From positions 22,258,001-22,322,000 of the forward strand of contig CM075987.1 in NCBI GenBank assembly GCA_038087875.1: DNA of 64,000 nt, written 5' to 3'. The translations under genes and the position numbers were made by a program. This document shows positions 1-11,720 of the stretch, piece after piece. Positions within the stretch are counted from its first letter, which is position 1, and every line of letters starts with the position of its first letter. This stretch comes from Malacoraja senta. Its lineage: Eukaryota. The notes beneath the pieces were generated by a model. The model had not been told where the DNA came from, ran no database searches, and saw only the letters and a program-made list of their open reading frames with translations.

Positions 1-1637
1 CTGTGTCTAATCTGTATTGTACCTGACCTGGAGCAATTTGAAGGGTTCGAGTAGAGGTAGCTTTACTCCATATTAAATCTGTGCTGAACTTGTTCTGTGA
101 ATTTCGAAGGGACAGCCTGGATTGCGTATTTGACTTTGAACGTGCCAAATTCAGCCCACAGTCCTTCCTGTGTTGATTTTACCTCAGCCAGATGTGATAG
201 CAATGATGTTCTAAAGATAATCCAAGAAAGATACATCAGTTTCCCCTGCATAACCAGACCAGTGACTTTTGTGTCTCTTGAAAAGGAAAGTAGACAAAAT
301 GCAGTTAACTAGTCATCACTGATCTCTGCTGAAAATGTGGCTTGGATTGAATAGATCTGTGATACCCTTGGAGTTGAATAGTCCCCAGCTACTATCCAGC
401 TTCATGCATGAAGAGTACCCAAAGCTGTTTCTCGGGTAAAGTGAGTGCATGCAGCACAGAGGTGGAGAATATCTCGAGCAGGGAAGGGAAATACGAATGC
501 AAGTAAAATAGAGCAATTATCCCCAAAGTTCCCTCAGATACAACAAGGGTTATGACAATGTGCAATATTTGCAAAGGAAATTATGGTATTTCAATGTGAC
601 AATCTGGGAGGAATAAAGGTGGCAATAGGTTTTTATTGGGAAAAGAAAATGACGCTGAATTTAAGAAACTGCCAGTGAGAAAAATCAGTGAACCTGTCAG
701 AAGAAGGGCATAAACAAATCTGCATACTGTGCCTATTTCTGTAAAAACCTTTAACTGGATTCGGGATTTCTCCCCCCTTTGCGATCCAATGCAGCTCTGG
801 CAACACCTAGAGGATTGAATGTCACTTAAGAAAAGAGAGTCAGCCTGAATCACTCTTGGCTAACGGGCAGTGGTGTTAATTGTTTTATTGGGCTCTGAGA
901 GCTTGTTATTTAGCTGTGCAAGGGCACCTTGTGCTGCACTGATGGAACAGCAGGCTAAACATCCATCCTTTGCACCTCATTGCACTGTGCAAGTAATTCA
1001 GGAGCTGAGTCAGTGGGTAGTTTCATAAAGATTTAGTGTAATTATACATTTGTTATTTATAAATAAGCAAAGGAGCTTCCCTGATGATTTTGTAAATAAA
1101 CATTTGGATGTAAACAGTGCCCGTGAAAAATGTTCAATCCCTGACCATTAAAAAAAATCAAAACCTGTCTTCAGAGAACCTCACAGGTCAGAAAGAACCA
1201 TTCAGCCCATTATGCTTGTATTGGCTCCTTAATGGTCTGTTTATTCAGTCCAACTGCTCGAGCCCCTGCCTGTCTGCTTTTTTTCTTTACCACTGCAAAA
1301 TGTTTCCTATTTAAGTATTTATCAAATTCATTTTTATTGAATCCACTTCCACCATGCAGTTTAAAATGTTTTAAAGAAAAATATTATCTTCCCCGTGTAT
1401 TTTTTTGCTGATTATCTTAAATATATGAACGCTAATTTGTGTGTAGCACGCAGCCATTGACAAGTGATAATAACTGGTTCATTTGCTATGAACAAATGAT
1501 TGAGAAGTACTGAAGAATTTCCCTGCTCTTGTTTGAAATACTGATTTATACCCGAGGAGAGTTATCTCCAGTAAAAGATTGCTCATTGGGAATTAGATTG
1601 GGCACTTCCATGCGCAACTCACCTTACCATGTCTGTT

Positions 1638-1769
1638 GGAGACACAAGGAACTGCAAATGTGGGAATCTTGAGTAAAACACAAAGTGTTGGAGTAACTCA
1701 GCAGATCAGGGACCATCTGTGGAAGGAACGGACAAATGACGTTTCGGGTGGGACCTTTCATCAGACTGA
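1638..1769 (-). mobile_element. Penelope-like (PLE) pLTR-derived short element with minimal hammerhead core
   Basis: Minus strand 1738-1764 reads CTGATGA-AAGGTCCCACCC-GAAAC-GTC. A degenerate inverted partner at about 1806-1856 resumes at about 2052-2075. Confidence 0.75.
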
Positions 1770-1856
1770 TTGTTACCAAGAAAATTACTTGATATAAAAA
1801 CGGAAAATGAAGAAAGGCCCCGACACAAAATGACCCATTGCCTGTCCCACTGAGTT

Positions 1857-2045
1857 CATCAAGTCAAGAGAGTTTATTGTCATGTGTCCCAGATAGGACA
1901 ATGAAATTCTTGCTTGCTGCAGCACAACAGAATATTGTAAGCATAAATACAGAACAGTTCAGTTCAATATACACATAAATAAACAGATAAAGTGCAATAG
2001 GCTGTTACAGTTCAGAGTCTGTTTGTTGCCGAGTTTAATAGCCTT
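1857..2045 (-). mobile_element. Rex1-type LINE/SINE 3' end inserted into a PLE remnant
   Basis: Minus strand ends ...ATGACAATAAACTCTCTTGACTTGA, the same tail type as the Rex1 copy at 2634-3225. Confidence 0.55.
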
Positions 2046-2135
2046 AACACTTGTTACTTCAGCACTTGTGTTTTACTTAACATGTCTGCTGGATTGCTGG
2101 CATCAACCATGTGTCTTTTGATTCACTTGTCCTTC

Positions 2136-2290
2136 AGAGTCATAGAGACATACAGCAAAGAAACAGGCCCCTCCGCCCAACTTGTTCATGTAAACCAAGG
2201 TGTCCTATGTACACTAGTCCCACCTGTCCATGTTTGGCCCACATCCCTCTCAACCTCTCCTGTCATGTACCAGTCCAAATATCTTTTATC
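2136..2290 (-). mobile_element. CR1/HER1-type LINE 3' end fragment
   Basis: GGGCCTGTTTC...GCTGTAT...CTCTATGACTCT tail on the minus strand, shared with other CR1 ends in the window. Confidence 0.6.
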
Positions 2291-2633
2291 GTACCACGTG
2301 CATCACTTAAGTCACGGACCGCACATTTTTTCCATCTATTAGTAAAAATCAAATAACTGCCGATTCTGTAAATTTGAAATAAAAACAGCATTTGCTGCAA
2401 AACCACTCCGCAGCTCAGACAACGTTCCACGGACGCTGCCCGACCAGCAGAGTATTTCCAGCATTTTCTGTTTTTACTGCTTCACCATTTACCTTCCATG
2501 GTCCAAAAGATTTAAGAATCAGGTGTCTGACTGATTTGATTTCTGCTCGGGAATGGGGTTGGTGATGGGGTGGGTACAAGGGAATATTTGAAAAATAGCT
2601 TGTGCTCATTTTGGTTTAGATAGTTTTCTGTAC

Positions 2634-3225
2634 ATTGTATTGTATATCTTTATTGTCATTTCCTGAGTATTCGCATACCCAGAGGAAACAAAAAAACGTT
2701 CCTCAACCAGTGTCCATTTCAGTGTGTGCAGTGAAAAATAAATAGAAGTAAAAATACATATATCATGAACAAATTAACACTCTACTCTACTAAACATCAA
2801 CAGGCGTTCCGATCGGCAGCGGCACGACAGTGGCTCTGCTGCAGTGTGTCCAGGTTGGTGGTTGGTGCACGATACTTTGGCAGGGGACAAAGTCCGTTTA
2901 TCAGTCTTATAACCTGCGGGAAGAAGCTGAGGAGCATCCTGCTGGTTTTACACCTAATGCTCCGGTACCTCTTCCCAGATGGCAGGATGGAGAATATGTG
3001 ATGGGATGGGTGGTAGGGGTCTTTGATGATGGAGATGGCTCTGCTGATACATCTCTTCCTGTATATGTCCAGCAGGAAAGGGAGTGGAGCACCAATAATC
3101 CTGCTGGCGGTCTTCACAATCCTGTCTAGTTGGTGCCGTTCGTACGCCTTGCAGCTCCCGAACCAGGAAGTGATGCCGTAGGTTAATGTGCTCTCGATTG
3201 TCCCCCTATAAAAAGTTCGTAGGTG
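2634..3225 (-). mobile_element. Rex1/Babar-clade LINE, 5'-truncated (RT C-terminus plus 3' UTR)
   Basis: ORF 2797-3252(-): FYRGTIESTLTYGITSWFG...IIKDPYHPSHHIFSILPSGKRYRSI...SFFPQVIRLIN, the typical Rex1 C-terminus. 3' tail GACAATAAAGATATACAATACAA. Confidence 0.9.
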
Positions 3226-3643
3226 TGTAGAACTACAAACATTCTTGAACACAGGATATTGGTCTATAAAACGGTGCCTTGTTTAGCCTGTAAAAGGGGG
3301 TACAGTACAGTTGTGACCTTTGCCAACAATTCTTATTGTTCTTTGCATCACAGCCGAGAAAGCGAATCCATGATTGTCTGTTTTTCAAATGCAAACTACA
3401 CATCACCTTGTTTTTACCTGGGCAAATCATGCTGGCAACTGTTTCTGGGTTAAATTACACTCGCTGGGATATTTGTCTGGGTACTTCCGGGTACAATTCA
3501 ACGGAACACATTGGACACTTTCCAACATGGGTTCCATATCCAATGATGTCATCAAGCTATGCATTCCACATTTCCACAATTGTTGGCATAAATTGGAGAT
3601 TTTGGCGGCAGCCTTTGGCTTTTCTGAAACACACAAAGAAAAT

Positions 3644-4552
3644 AGTCAAGTCAAGTCAAGTCACTTTTATTTCTATAGCACATTTAAAAAACAACTCTCG
3701 TTGGCCAAAGTGCTTTACATTGGTGGAGGTACTAACGTTAAACAACAGTGGTTCATAGATTAAGTACATACATAAATACATACATATAGCCCTCCCTCAG
3801 AGGACGTCAAGAAAGGCTTGTGAGTAAAGATGAGTTTAAAGTCTCGACTTAAAGGAGTCGATGGAGGGGGCAGTTCTGATGGGAAGAGGGATGCTGTTCC
3901 ACAGTCTAGGAGCTGCAACCGCAAAGGCGCGGTCGCCCCTGAGCTTATGCCTAGACCGCGGGATGTTCAGTAACCCCAAGTCGGCCGATCTGAGGTGTGG
4001 TGGGTAAGCAGACTTTTGATGTAGGTGGGGGCAAGCCCGTTAAGGGCTTTGTAGACATAAAGGAGGATCTTGAAATGTATTCGGAACCGCACAGGGAGCC
4101 AGCGGAGAGAGGCCAGAATCGGGGTGATGTGGTCCCTTTATCGGGTGCCCGTCAGGAGTCTTGCTGCGGCGTTTTGGACCAGTTGCAGGCGGGACAGGGA
4201 AGATTGGCTGATGCCAGTGTAGAGGGAGTTGCAGTAATCTAGGCGGGAGGAGATAAATGTGTGGATGATCTTTTCGAGGTCATCAAACTGGAGGAATTGT
4301 TTTATTTTAGCTATCGTCCGAAGCTGGAAGAAGCTAGCTTTTACCACGGCATTGACTTGTTTGTCAAATTTCAATGCTGAGTCAAATATCACACCAAGGT
4401 TTTTGACGTGGGGTTTGAGTAATGGGGTAAGGCTTCCAAGGCTGCCTGCTATCATTTTGATTGAGTCCGAGGGGCCGAGAAGGATGACCTCAGACTTACT
4501 CTTGTTTAGTTGGAGGAAGTTCTGGGCTATCCAACACTTTATATCCTCGAGG
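3644..4552 (-). mobile_element. L2-clade LINE, 5'-truncated
   Basis: ORF 4138-4455(-): VKNLGVIFDSALKF...IHTFISSRLDYCNSLY...LQLVQNAAARLLT. 3' end AAATGTGCTATAGAAATAAAAGT followed by (GACTT)n at 3644-3663. Confidence 0.92.
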
Positions 4553-4654
4553 CATTATAATCCTTATATCCTCGGATAAGGTTAAGCAGATTTGATCGGT
4601 TTTGGGGCTTCAGGGGGAGATAGAGTTGTGTATTGTCTGCGTAGCAATACATAC

Positions 4655-4823
4655 CTGTACTCCAAAGACGTACAGTTATGTAGGCTGATTGGATTGGTAT
4701 AATTGTTAATTGTCCCTAGTGTGTGTAGGATAGTGTTAATGTGCAGGGATCGCTGGTCGGCGCGGACTCGGTGGGCCAAAGGGCCTGTTTCTGCGCTGTA
4801 TCCCTAAACTAAACTAAACTAAA
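4655..4823 (+). mobile_element. HE1/V-SINE-like SINE, 3' half
   Basis: Matches the 3' half of the full copy at 62247-62622, including the (TAAAC)n tail. Confidence 0.8.
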
Positions 4824-5498
4824 AAATGGTGCTGATCGCAGCATGATGCGCTCCAGAGATATCAGTGTAAGGGTCTAAATTGTGACATTGATCTCTCGCT
4901 ATTACATCTCCCACACATGGTTACCAATATTTAGAATAATGGGAATATATCACTGATTTTCTCTTTACTATTCACAGACCTTTTTGTAGTATCCAACCTT
5001 TGATAATCCCTTGTTAATGGCGGGGGGGGGGGGGGGGTACTTGTGGCATTACATTCAACAGGGCACACCATACCCTCTCTGTTCCCTCTGCCCACCTTCC
5101 ACATTTTCCCTCGCCTCCATGGCAATCTTTCAGGCAACTGTTGTAGGATGGTTATTAAGAGACTTTAAACATTAAGATCTAACACGCATCCCAATGATGA
5201 GCATAGCAGCAATGAACTTTCCCTGCAGTTACCAATGCGAACAACACAGATCCCATTTTAGCACACAGTTCTATGAACAGATCACCACAACTGTGTTTCC
5301 AATTCCAATGCTTAAATGACATTTAGAGAGGCACATAGAGAGGAAGGGTTCCGAGAGATACGAGTCAAACGTAGGCAAATGCGACTAGCTCAGAAAGGCA
5401 TCTTGGTCAGTGTGGGCCTTAAAGTAATAGAAGACAGAATAACGATTAATGTTTAACATCTTCTTGTTTGTTTTTTACTGGGGAGCTGCCAGCACAGA

Positions 5499-5690
5499 NN
5501 NNNNNNNNNNNNNNNNNNNNNNNNNNNNNNNNNNNNNNNNNNNNNNNNNNNNNNNNNNNNNNNNNNNNNNNNNNNNNNNNNNNNNNNNNNNNNNNNNNNN
5601 NNNNNNNNNNNNNNNNNNNNNNNNNNNNNNNNNNNNNNNNNNNNNNNNNNNNNNNNNNNNNNNNNNNNNNNNNNNNNNNNNNNNNNNNNN
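5499..5690. other. Assembly gap (N run)
   Basis: 192 N. Confidence 1.
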
Positions 5691-6412
5691 CAAAGCTTCA
5701 TTGCCAAAGGATGTCCAGCTATGTTACCTCATTTCAAAATGTCTACATCTGAATCATTGAAAAGACCTCCTGTTTATATAGTATTTTGTCTAGACCATCT
5801 AAAATACTTTGCATCCAATGATATACTTATTCAATTCCGTCTTTCTTTTAGTTGATTAAAGAGGAGTAGAAAGTTGTTATCCCATTGATAAATTCTGAAA
5901 AGCACGTGTTACACTCAACTGTATGTTTTTAAAAAAAGATAAAAGACTAATTTGTTAATCTCATTTCTTTTTATGTTCCTTTTTTTATGCCAGAAACCGA
6001 ATTAGCAGGCACAGGTGAAGTGACAGGGTTTCTTAAACTCTTCAATGTAATCCCTGCATCTTTAAGTTAATTATTAATTATTTTATAGTTTCACTGGGCT
6101 GACTCCCAGAACCATTGTCCCCGCTTGCCAGTTATTGTTTGAGCTAAACTATATTTTGACAAACTGTGAACATGCAGCAGAAACTGAAAGTTAAGCAAAC
6201 TATTTAACTCATCTTTATAGGCCAGTGTTGTCTCAAGGCTAAGAAAGGCGTTGAAAATATATTTTGGAAAACAATCCAAAAAAATGCAGGAATAAGGGGA
6301 AAGATTTGATACAGACCAAGATCTGAATGGCCTTTTCTGCTGTTCTTTGATTGTGTCTCAACAGCCTGAGGAAACTTAGTAGGAGGTGATACGATCAACA
6401 TTTTATTGGAAA

Positions 6413-6613
6413 GTACACAAAAATGCTGGAGAAACTCAGCGGGTGCAGCAGCATCTATGGAGCGAAGGAAATAGGCAACGTTTCGGGCCGAAACCCTTCT
6501 TCAGGCCCGAAACGTTGCCTATTTCCTTCGCTCCATAGATGCTGCTGCACCCGCTGAGTTTCTCCAGCATTTTTGTGTACCTTCGATTATCCAGCATCTG
6601 CAGTTCCTTCTTT
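6413..6613. mobile_element. Fold-back PLE-derived element with 77-bp perfect inverted arms and 19-bp TSD
   Basis: Arms 6413-6489 and 6504-6580. TSD AACATTTTATTGGAAAGTA at 6397-6415 and 6614-6632. Hammerhead core on minus strand 6477-6504. Confidence 0.88.
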
Positions 6614-7030
6614 AACATTTTATTGGAAAGTATTGTTTTCAGGAGGGGATGTATTTGGATCTCAGGTTTAATAGCAAAATCCATTCTGTCTCAAACTTGA
6701 AGAATAGCCTTTGAAAAAGGTACATGTTTGCAAAGACTTTGCCCTAGTGTTCTCGATCACAGTGGTCAATCCCCATTCAATGGGGAAGTCTTTGGCCCAA
6801 AACTTTATTTCAAGAAAGTAGAAAATCCCAAAGTTATACTAAACCTTCACAAAATATTATCCTGACCTCATTAGGAATATTGTGTGCGTTTCTTGGCTCC
6901 ACATTTCGGGGAGGGTCTGGGGAGGGAACAAGAAGATTTACTGAAAAAGTTGATGATTTTAAAGTAGAGATTTGAAAGAGGTGTTTAAAATCAAGAAAGG
7001 CTGTGATGGAGCAAATGGTGATAAGTTGGT

Positions 7031-7138
7031 TAGAAACATAGAAAATAGTTGCAGGAGTAGGCCATTCAGCCCTTCGAGCCTGCACCGCCATTCAATATGA
7101 TCATGGCTGATCATCCAACTCAGTATCCTGTACCTGCT
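7031..7138 (-). mobile_element. CR1 LINE 3' end
   Basis: Reverse complement of the 3' end of the CR1 at about 31320-31424 (GGCTCGAAGGGCTGAATGGCCTACTCCTGC...TTCTATGTTTCTA). Confidence 0.85.
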
Positions 7139-7645
7139 TCTGATGTTAGAGGGCTGATCACTGTTATACAATTCTTTGATTCTATTTTCTCTGACTTTTG
7201 GGGAAATCTGCTGGTGTGCGGTGGGGAGGCTGATGTTTGATCAATGTCAAGTACTCTCCATATCTTTGTTATAGTAGAAACAATTTTTTAGCTTTACTTC
7301 ACTGAAATGACACCAACTCTTCACTTGTTTACCTCAATGCTCCCAGAACTATTCAAAATGTCCAGACTTCTATCCATCCTACATCTATCAGGTTTTAAAT
7401 ATACAAACGTTGTGATTTTCCAACTTTTAATTTGGTCCTCTCACCTACTTTTTTTTCAGTACTGTTGGAACCTTTCCAAGTCTTGTTGTGCCATTTAATT
7501 ATCAGCATTTCTGCAGTAGTAGTTGTTCAGATTAGTAATACCCCTTATAGAGAACTACTACCGTTTCAGCTAAGCGCAGAAGTCTAAACAGCTGCCCATC
7601 TAGGTGACACTCCATGGTGCAACTCCTGATGGTGAGTTGGTGATA

Positions 7646-8060
7646 GACAAGGACAAAGGACAAAGGACATTTATTGTCACATACACCAATTGGTGTAGTG
7701 AAATTGGAGTTGCCATTTGCAGCACACCAATAAAAATAAAACACAAAATTTAAGAATTTAACATTGAACATAAAAACATCCCCTGTAGATCAGTGGCTCA
7801 TGTTATTGAACAAACCAACGTCCCCCCACAATGGTTCCCACTGTGAGGGAAGACAACAAAGTCCAGTCCTCTTCCTCTTGTTCACCCATGGTCGTGCCTG
7901 TTGAGGCCTCCGCAGTCGCCGCGATGGTGGCCCGATGTTTCAGGCCCCCTCGCCGGATGATGGAGCTCCGCCGTCGGAAGAACACTTGGAGTGTCAAGAA
8001 CGGCCGCTTCCTACCAGAGACCGCGGCTCCCTGGGAGCGACCAAAGGGAGAGTGGAAATT
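7646..8060 (-). mobile_element. Non-autonomous Rex1-tailed element
   Basis: Minus-strand tail GTGACAATAAATGT(CCTTTGT)n, GC/CpG-rich body, similar to 63776-63960. Confidence 0.55.
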
Positions 8061-10294
8061 TAACTTAACACAATTCTAATTTCTTCATGTGCACTTTATT
8101 TAGTGGAGCCGAAAAATATCACCACCAACAACAGCTTTTGTACCTATGTTTCCCAATATGTAACACCCTACTAATATTGGAACATATTGTGTTGCATTAT
8201 TTTTGTAGATATTTTTGAGAAGTGGATGATCTTTTAACTCAACAACTGATGGAATGAGTTGTAGAGCCATCCCTTCCAGTTCCAAACACAAATTCAAGAC
8301 CTCTCTTGTACTGCTTTAAATCACAAAATGTGGACTGTGAAAGTTCCCAGTTATATTGTCATCTCTTCGCTGCCATTTCCCCCATTTTGAACATGGAGAA
8401 ATTAAATTAAACGTAAAGAACATCAAAAAGGCCAGAATGAGGATACCTAATGGAGAACATTAAAACTTTGAAATGATCTGTTGGGTAGAAGCATTTTAGC
8501 GAAGTCCTAAATTGGGGGAATTAATTATAAAATAATGACTAAAAAATCCAGTAAATGACTAAAAAAAATGTGATTAAATGGTGGAATGAAGGTGGGAGCG
8601 TTAATGCTGCTGGCATGGATCTGTAGTGTCATTTTTTTCGGTAAATTCTGTGTAATACCTCCTTTCAATTTGATCATGGCTGCTTTATATCTTGCATTTT
8701 CTATCGTTATAAACTAACAGAAAGCAATTGATTATGGACTTTAAAGTTTCACTTGTCCCTGCATTCACAAAAGGGAGTACAGGATTTCTACCATATTAAT
8801 AAACAGCAGAAATGCTGATAATTAAGTTGTTTGGATCACAAATGTTGAAATTGACACAGTCCAGCATTGGTTTGAGACTAACTGCACTAATTAGTCATCT
8901 GACTAATGCTGACCCGAGTGATCTCAGATGGGACAGAGTTTATCAGTACCAATATATGAGTAAACAAAATCAATTCAAGCAAAAAAAGTAAAAAGTTAAG
9001 ATGAAAGCATCTAAATTCACAAAGCATCCATAACAAATGGCTGTGGCAGTGTTGTAGTTATAAAGGGACAAAGGCTGGGAATTAAACACAGCATTCAAGA
9101 CAAAAGACAGACAAAATTGAAGCGGAATGGGAGCTGGTGAGAGGGAGGATATAAAGAGGAGGTGGTGGCAATGATAGTCCTGGCATAAGGATAGTAGTGT
9201 GGAATGATTTGGGCCTAAAATAACAGGTGGTAGAATGATAGGGACAGGACAAAATCATTGGGTTGTAGTTTACATTCTGCAACATAATTGGAGACCAAAT
9301 TAATCAAGAAATAAGAAAAGCTTACACCAAAGATGCAAAATCAGTACAATAGCCTGTACAAGATGGGTCCGTAAACGTGGCGACTCTTGTGTACTGCTCA
9401 GTATAATTTACTATTCTTTTACATTCTTATACTTGAGTATGATTGTGCCAACGAATAAGAAGATTTTTACTGAACTGTATGCAAAAACGGAATTGCACTG
9501 TACCTAGATATGTGGGACAATAAAGTACCATTGAACCATCGATAATCAGGAGAGATTTTAATCTTCTTGAAACTAGGCATTTCAAGTTAGCCGAACTGGG
9601 GTGAAAGATGAATCCGTAGAATGCATTTGGGACATCATGGAACCAAGTAGGGAACAATCCTCATCTTGTGCAATGATGCTGGGTTAATTAGTTGTTTCCT
9701 AGCAAGAGATGCTCGGTGGGGTGGGAGGATGGGGGGGAGAGAATGATCAAAATATGGAAGAACTTTGTCTTTGGTCTAAAAGTGACATGGACTAGTCAGA
9801 AACGGGGGTCTTAAACTTTAAGAAATTTAATTATGGTGGCATGAGAGTGCGTAGTTTAGAATAGGTTAGGTAATCATATCTATATAATTAAAAGTCTCAT
9901 CTTGACCACTTCCTGTCTGTGCTGTATATTGATTTTAGAAAAAATGCTACCCTATATCGCTATGATTTTTGGCCATCTTACTCACAGTCCTCCTCCGCTG
10001 AGCCAGCCCCAAGGATGTTTCCCATCGATGAAAAATAAAAAAGTTATGAGCGTTTTAAAAACCTTGCGATCAACTGATTTTTCCTGTCACCTGTCAATCA
10101 CCGCGATGAAGGTAACGCTCCTTCCGGGGGAGCAGGACTACAAAACCCCAGATGCCTGGACGTGAGTCAGTCACTCTGCAAGATCGTGAGGGAGAGGCCA
10201 CGACTGTCATTCTAAGCTGTGAATCAACTGTACTGTGAGTCTGCAATGTACTTGCAATAAATGATTTGTTAGCCTTTAATGACAATGCCATGAG

Positions 10295-10368
10295 TTGGAA
10301 GGAATAAATGCTTTATTAGGTCCGACTGTGTTTGGAAGGAATAAATGCTTTATTAGGTCCGACTGTGT
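10295..10368 (+). repeat. Perfect 37-bp tandem duplication
   Basis: TTGGAAGGAATAAATGCTTTATTAGGTCCGACTGTGT x2. Confidence 0.95.
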
Positions 10369-10377
10369 TTAGTCCAA

Positions 10378-10497
10378 AAGTCCCGCTCATTTCGTGACTT
10401 CCGCTTAGTGGACAAGTCGCGCTGATTGCGTAATTTCCGGTGAATGCAGAGGTCCCGCTGATTGCGTAATTTCCGGTAAGTGCAGAGGTCACGCTGA
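10378..10497 (+). repeat. 36-bp minisatellite, about 3.3 units
   Basis: Unit approximately AGGTCCCGCTGATTGCGTAATTTCCGGTAAGTGCAG. Confidence 0.9.
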
Positions 10498-10552
10498 CAG
10501 CGGAAGCCCCACAGTGGAGAGGCTGCGCTCAGCCGTGTGAGTAGATTCAAGA

Positions 10553-10646
10553 AAGTTTCTGCTGATGCTGGTTTAAACCGAAGATAGAAACAAAAAGCTT
10601 GAGTAACTCAGCGGGACAGGCAGCATCTCTGGATAAAAGAAATAGG
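10553..10646 (-). mobile_element. PLE-derived short element running into the gap
   Basis: GATGCTGGTTTAAACCGAAGATAG...GTAACTCAGCGGGACAGGCAGCATCTCTGG. Confidence 0.8.
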
Positions 10647-10987
10647 NNNNNNNNNNNNNNNNNNNNNNNNNNNNNNNNNNNNNNNNNNNNNNNNNNNNNN
10701 NNNNNNNNNNNNNNNNNNNNNNNNNNNNNNNNNNNNNNNNNNNNNNNNNNNNNNNNNNNNNNNNNNNNNNNNNNNNNNNNNNNNNNNNNNNNNNNNNNNN
10801 NNNNNNNNNNNNNNNNNNNNNNNNNNNNNNNNNNNNNNNNNNNNNNNNNNNNNNNNNNNNNNNNNNNNNNNNNNNNNNNNNNNNNNNNNNNNNNNNNNNN
10901 NNNNNNNNNNNNNNNNNNNNNNNNNNNNNNNNNNNNNNNNNNNNNNNNNNNNNNNNNNNNNNNNNNNNNNNNNNNNNNNNNNNNNNN
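10647..10987. other. Assembly gap (N run)
   Basis: 341 N. Confidence 1.
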
Positions 10988-10989
10988 GG

Positions 10990-11720
10990 CTGTGAGTGTG
11001 AAAATGATCTTGAGACATTTTAGCAATGCAAAAAGGAAAAGAGGAGAAATTATTATGGGGAACAAAGAAATGAGTGAGGCATTAAACAATATGAATCTCA
11101 ATAAATATGGCGGAATTGGAGAGAAGCTGAGGGTCTAATGATAACATGGAACTTAGAAGTAATTAATCTCACTAATAACACAAACTATTGGAGAAGTTTA
11201 AAAAAAAACGAAAACTTGACAAACTTGACATCCTCGTGTCCTAAACAAAGATGTTTGAAGAATTGAAAAAGCATTTGTGATGAAACTTCCAAACCTCCCC
11301 AGATACAGAATCAGTCCCATCAGATTGAGGGATAGCAGAATTAGAAAGGAAGAAAATAAGTAGGTAATCATAGACTAGTCTGCCTGACATCTGCTGTCAG
11401 CAAAATGGTGGAATACATCATTGGAGGTGTGGTCGTGAGGGATTTAGAAAATCAGGTAAGATTAGGCTGAGTCAACATGGTTTTGAAAAATCTATTAGAA
11501 ATATGCAAATGGCAGACAAGTTGTGGGGAGCCGGTGGGCCTGGTACATTAGGATTTTCAAAAAGCATTTGTTAAGTTAGCAATCAAAGGATGTTATATAA
11601 AATACAGCTCATGAGGATAGGAATAATGTATTAGCGTGGATAGAAGATTGGTTAAAGAACAGGAAATTGGAGATATAAAAGGGTTATTTGCAGGTTGGAC
11701 AGGTAACTAATGTTTTACTT
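10990..11720 (+). mobile_element. Decayed CR1 ORF2 (RT N-terminal part)
   Basis: Remnants of YRPVSLTS, SQHGF and LDFQKAF motifs (tagactagtctgcctgacatc, agtcaacatggtttt, gattttcaaaaagcattt) with frameshifts. Confidence 0.75.

Larger units (their letters stand above)
9879..10550 (+). mobile_element. Putative non-autonomous Helitron-like element (5' part) with internal tandem repeats
   Basis: Starts A|TCTATATAATTAAAAG (Helitron-type 5' TC terminus). Internal 37-bp duplication and 36-bp minisatellite. 3' hairpin/CTAG end not visible (followed by a PLE and a gap). Confidence 0.5.

Noticed and set aside
5023-5037. Long poly-G/poly-C runs (also near 19482, 22260, 52373, 63345) as functional G-quadruplex elements
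   Set aside because: Simple homopolymers of unreliable length with no supporting context.
6413-6580. Palindromes as DNA-transposon MITEs or as pre-miRNA genes
   Set aside because: Long variable TSDs, asymmetric arms and linkage to a GIY-YIG ORF indicate Penelope retroelement origin; there is no evidence for a miRNA.
10295-10497. CRISPR-like array (36-37 bp repeats)
   Set aside because: The repeats are head-to-tail with no unique spacers, the context is eukaryotic, and there are no cas genes.
5449-11138. Long ORFs at 5449-5760 and 10547-11138
   Set aside because: Artefacts of translating through N gaps.
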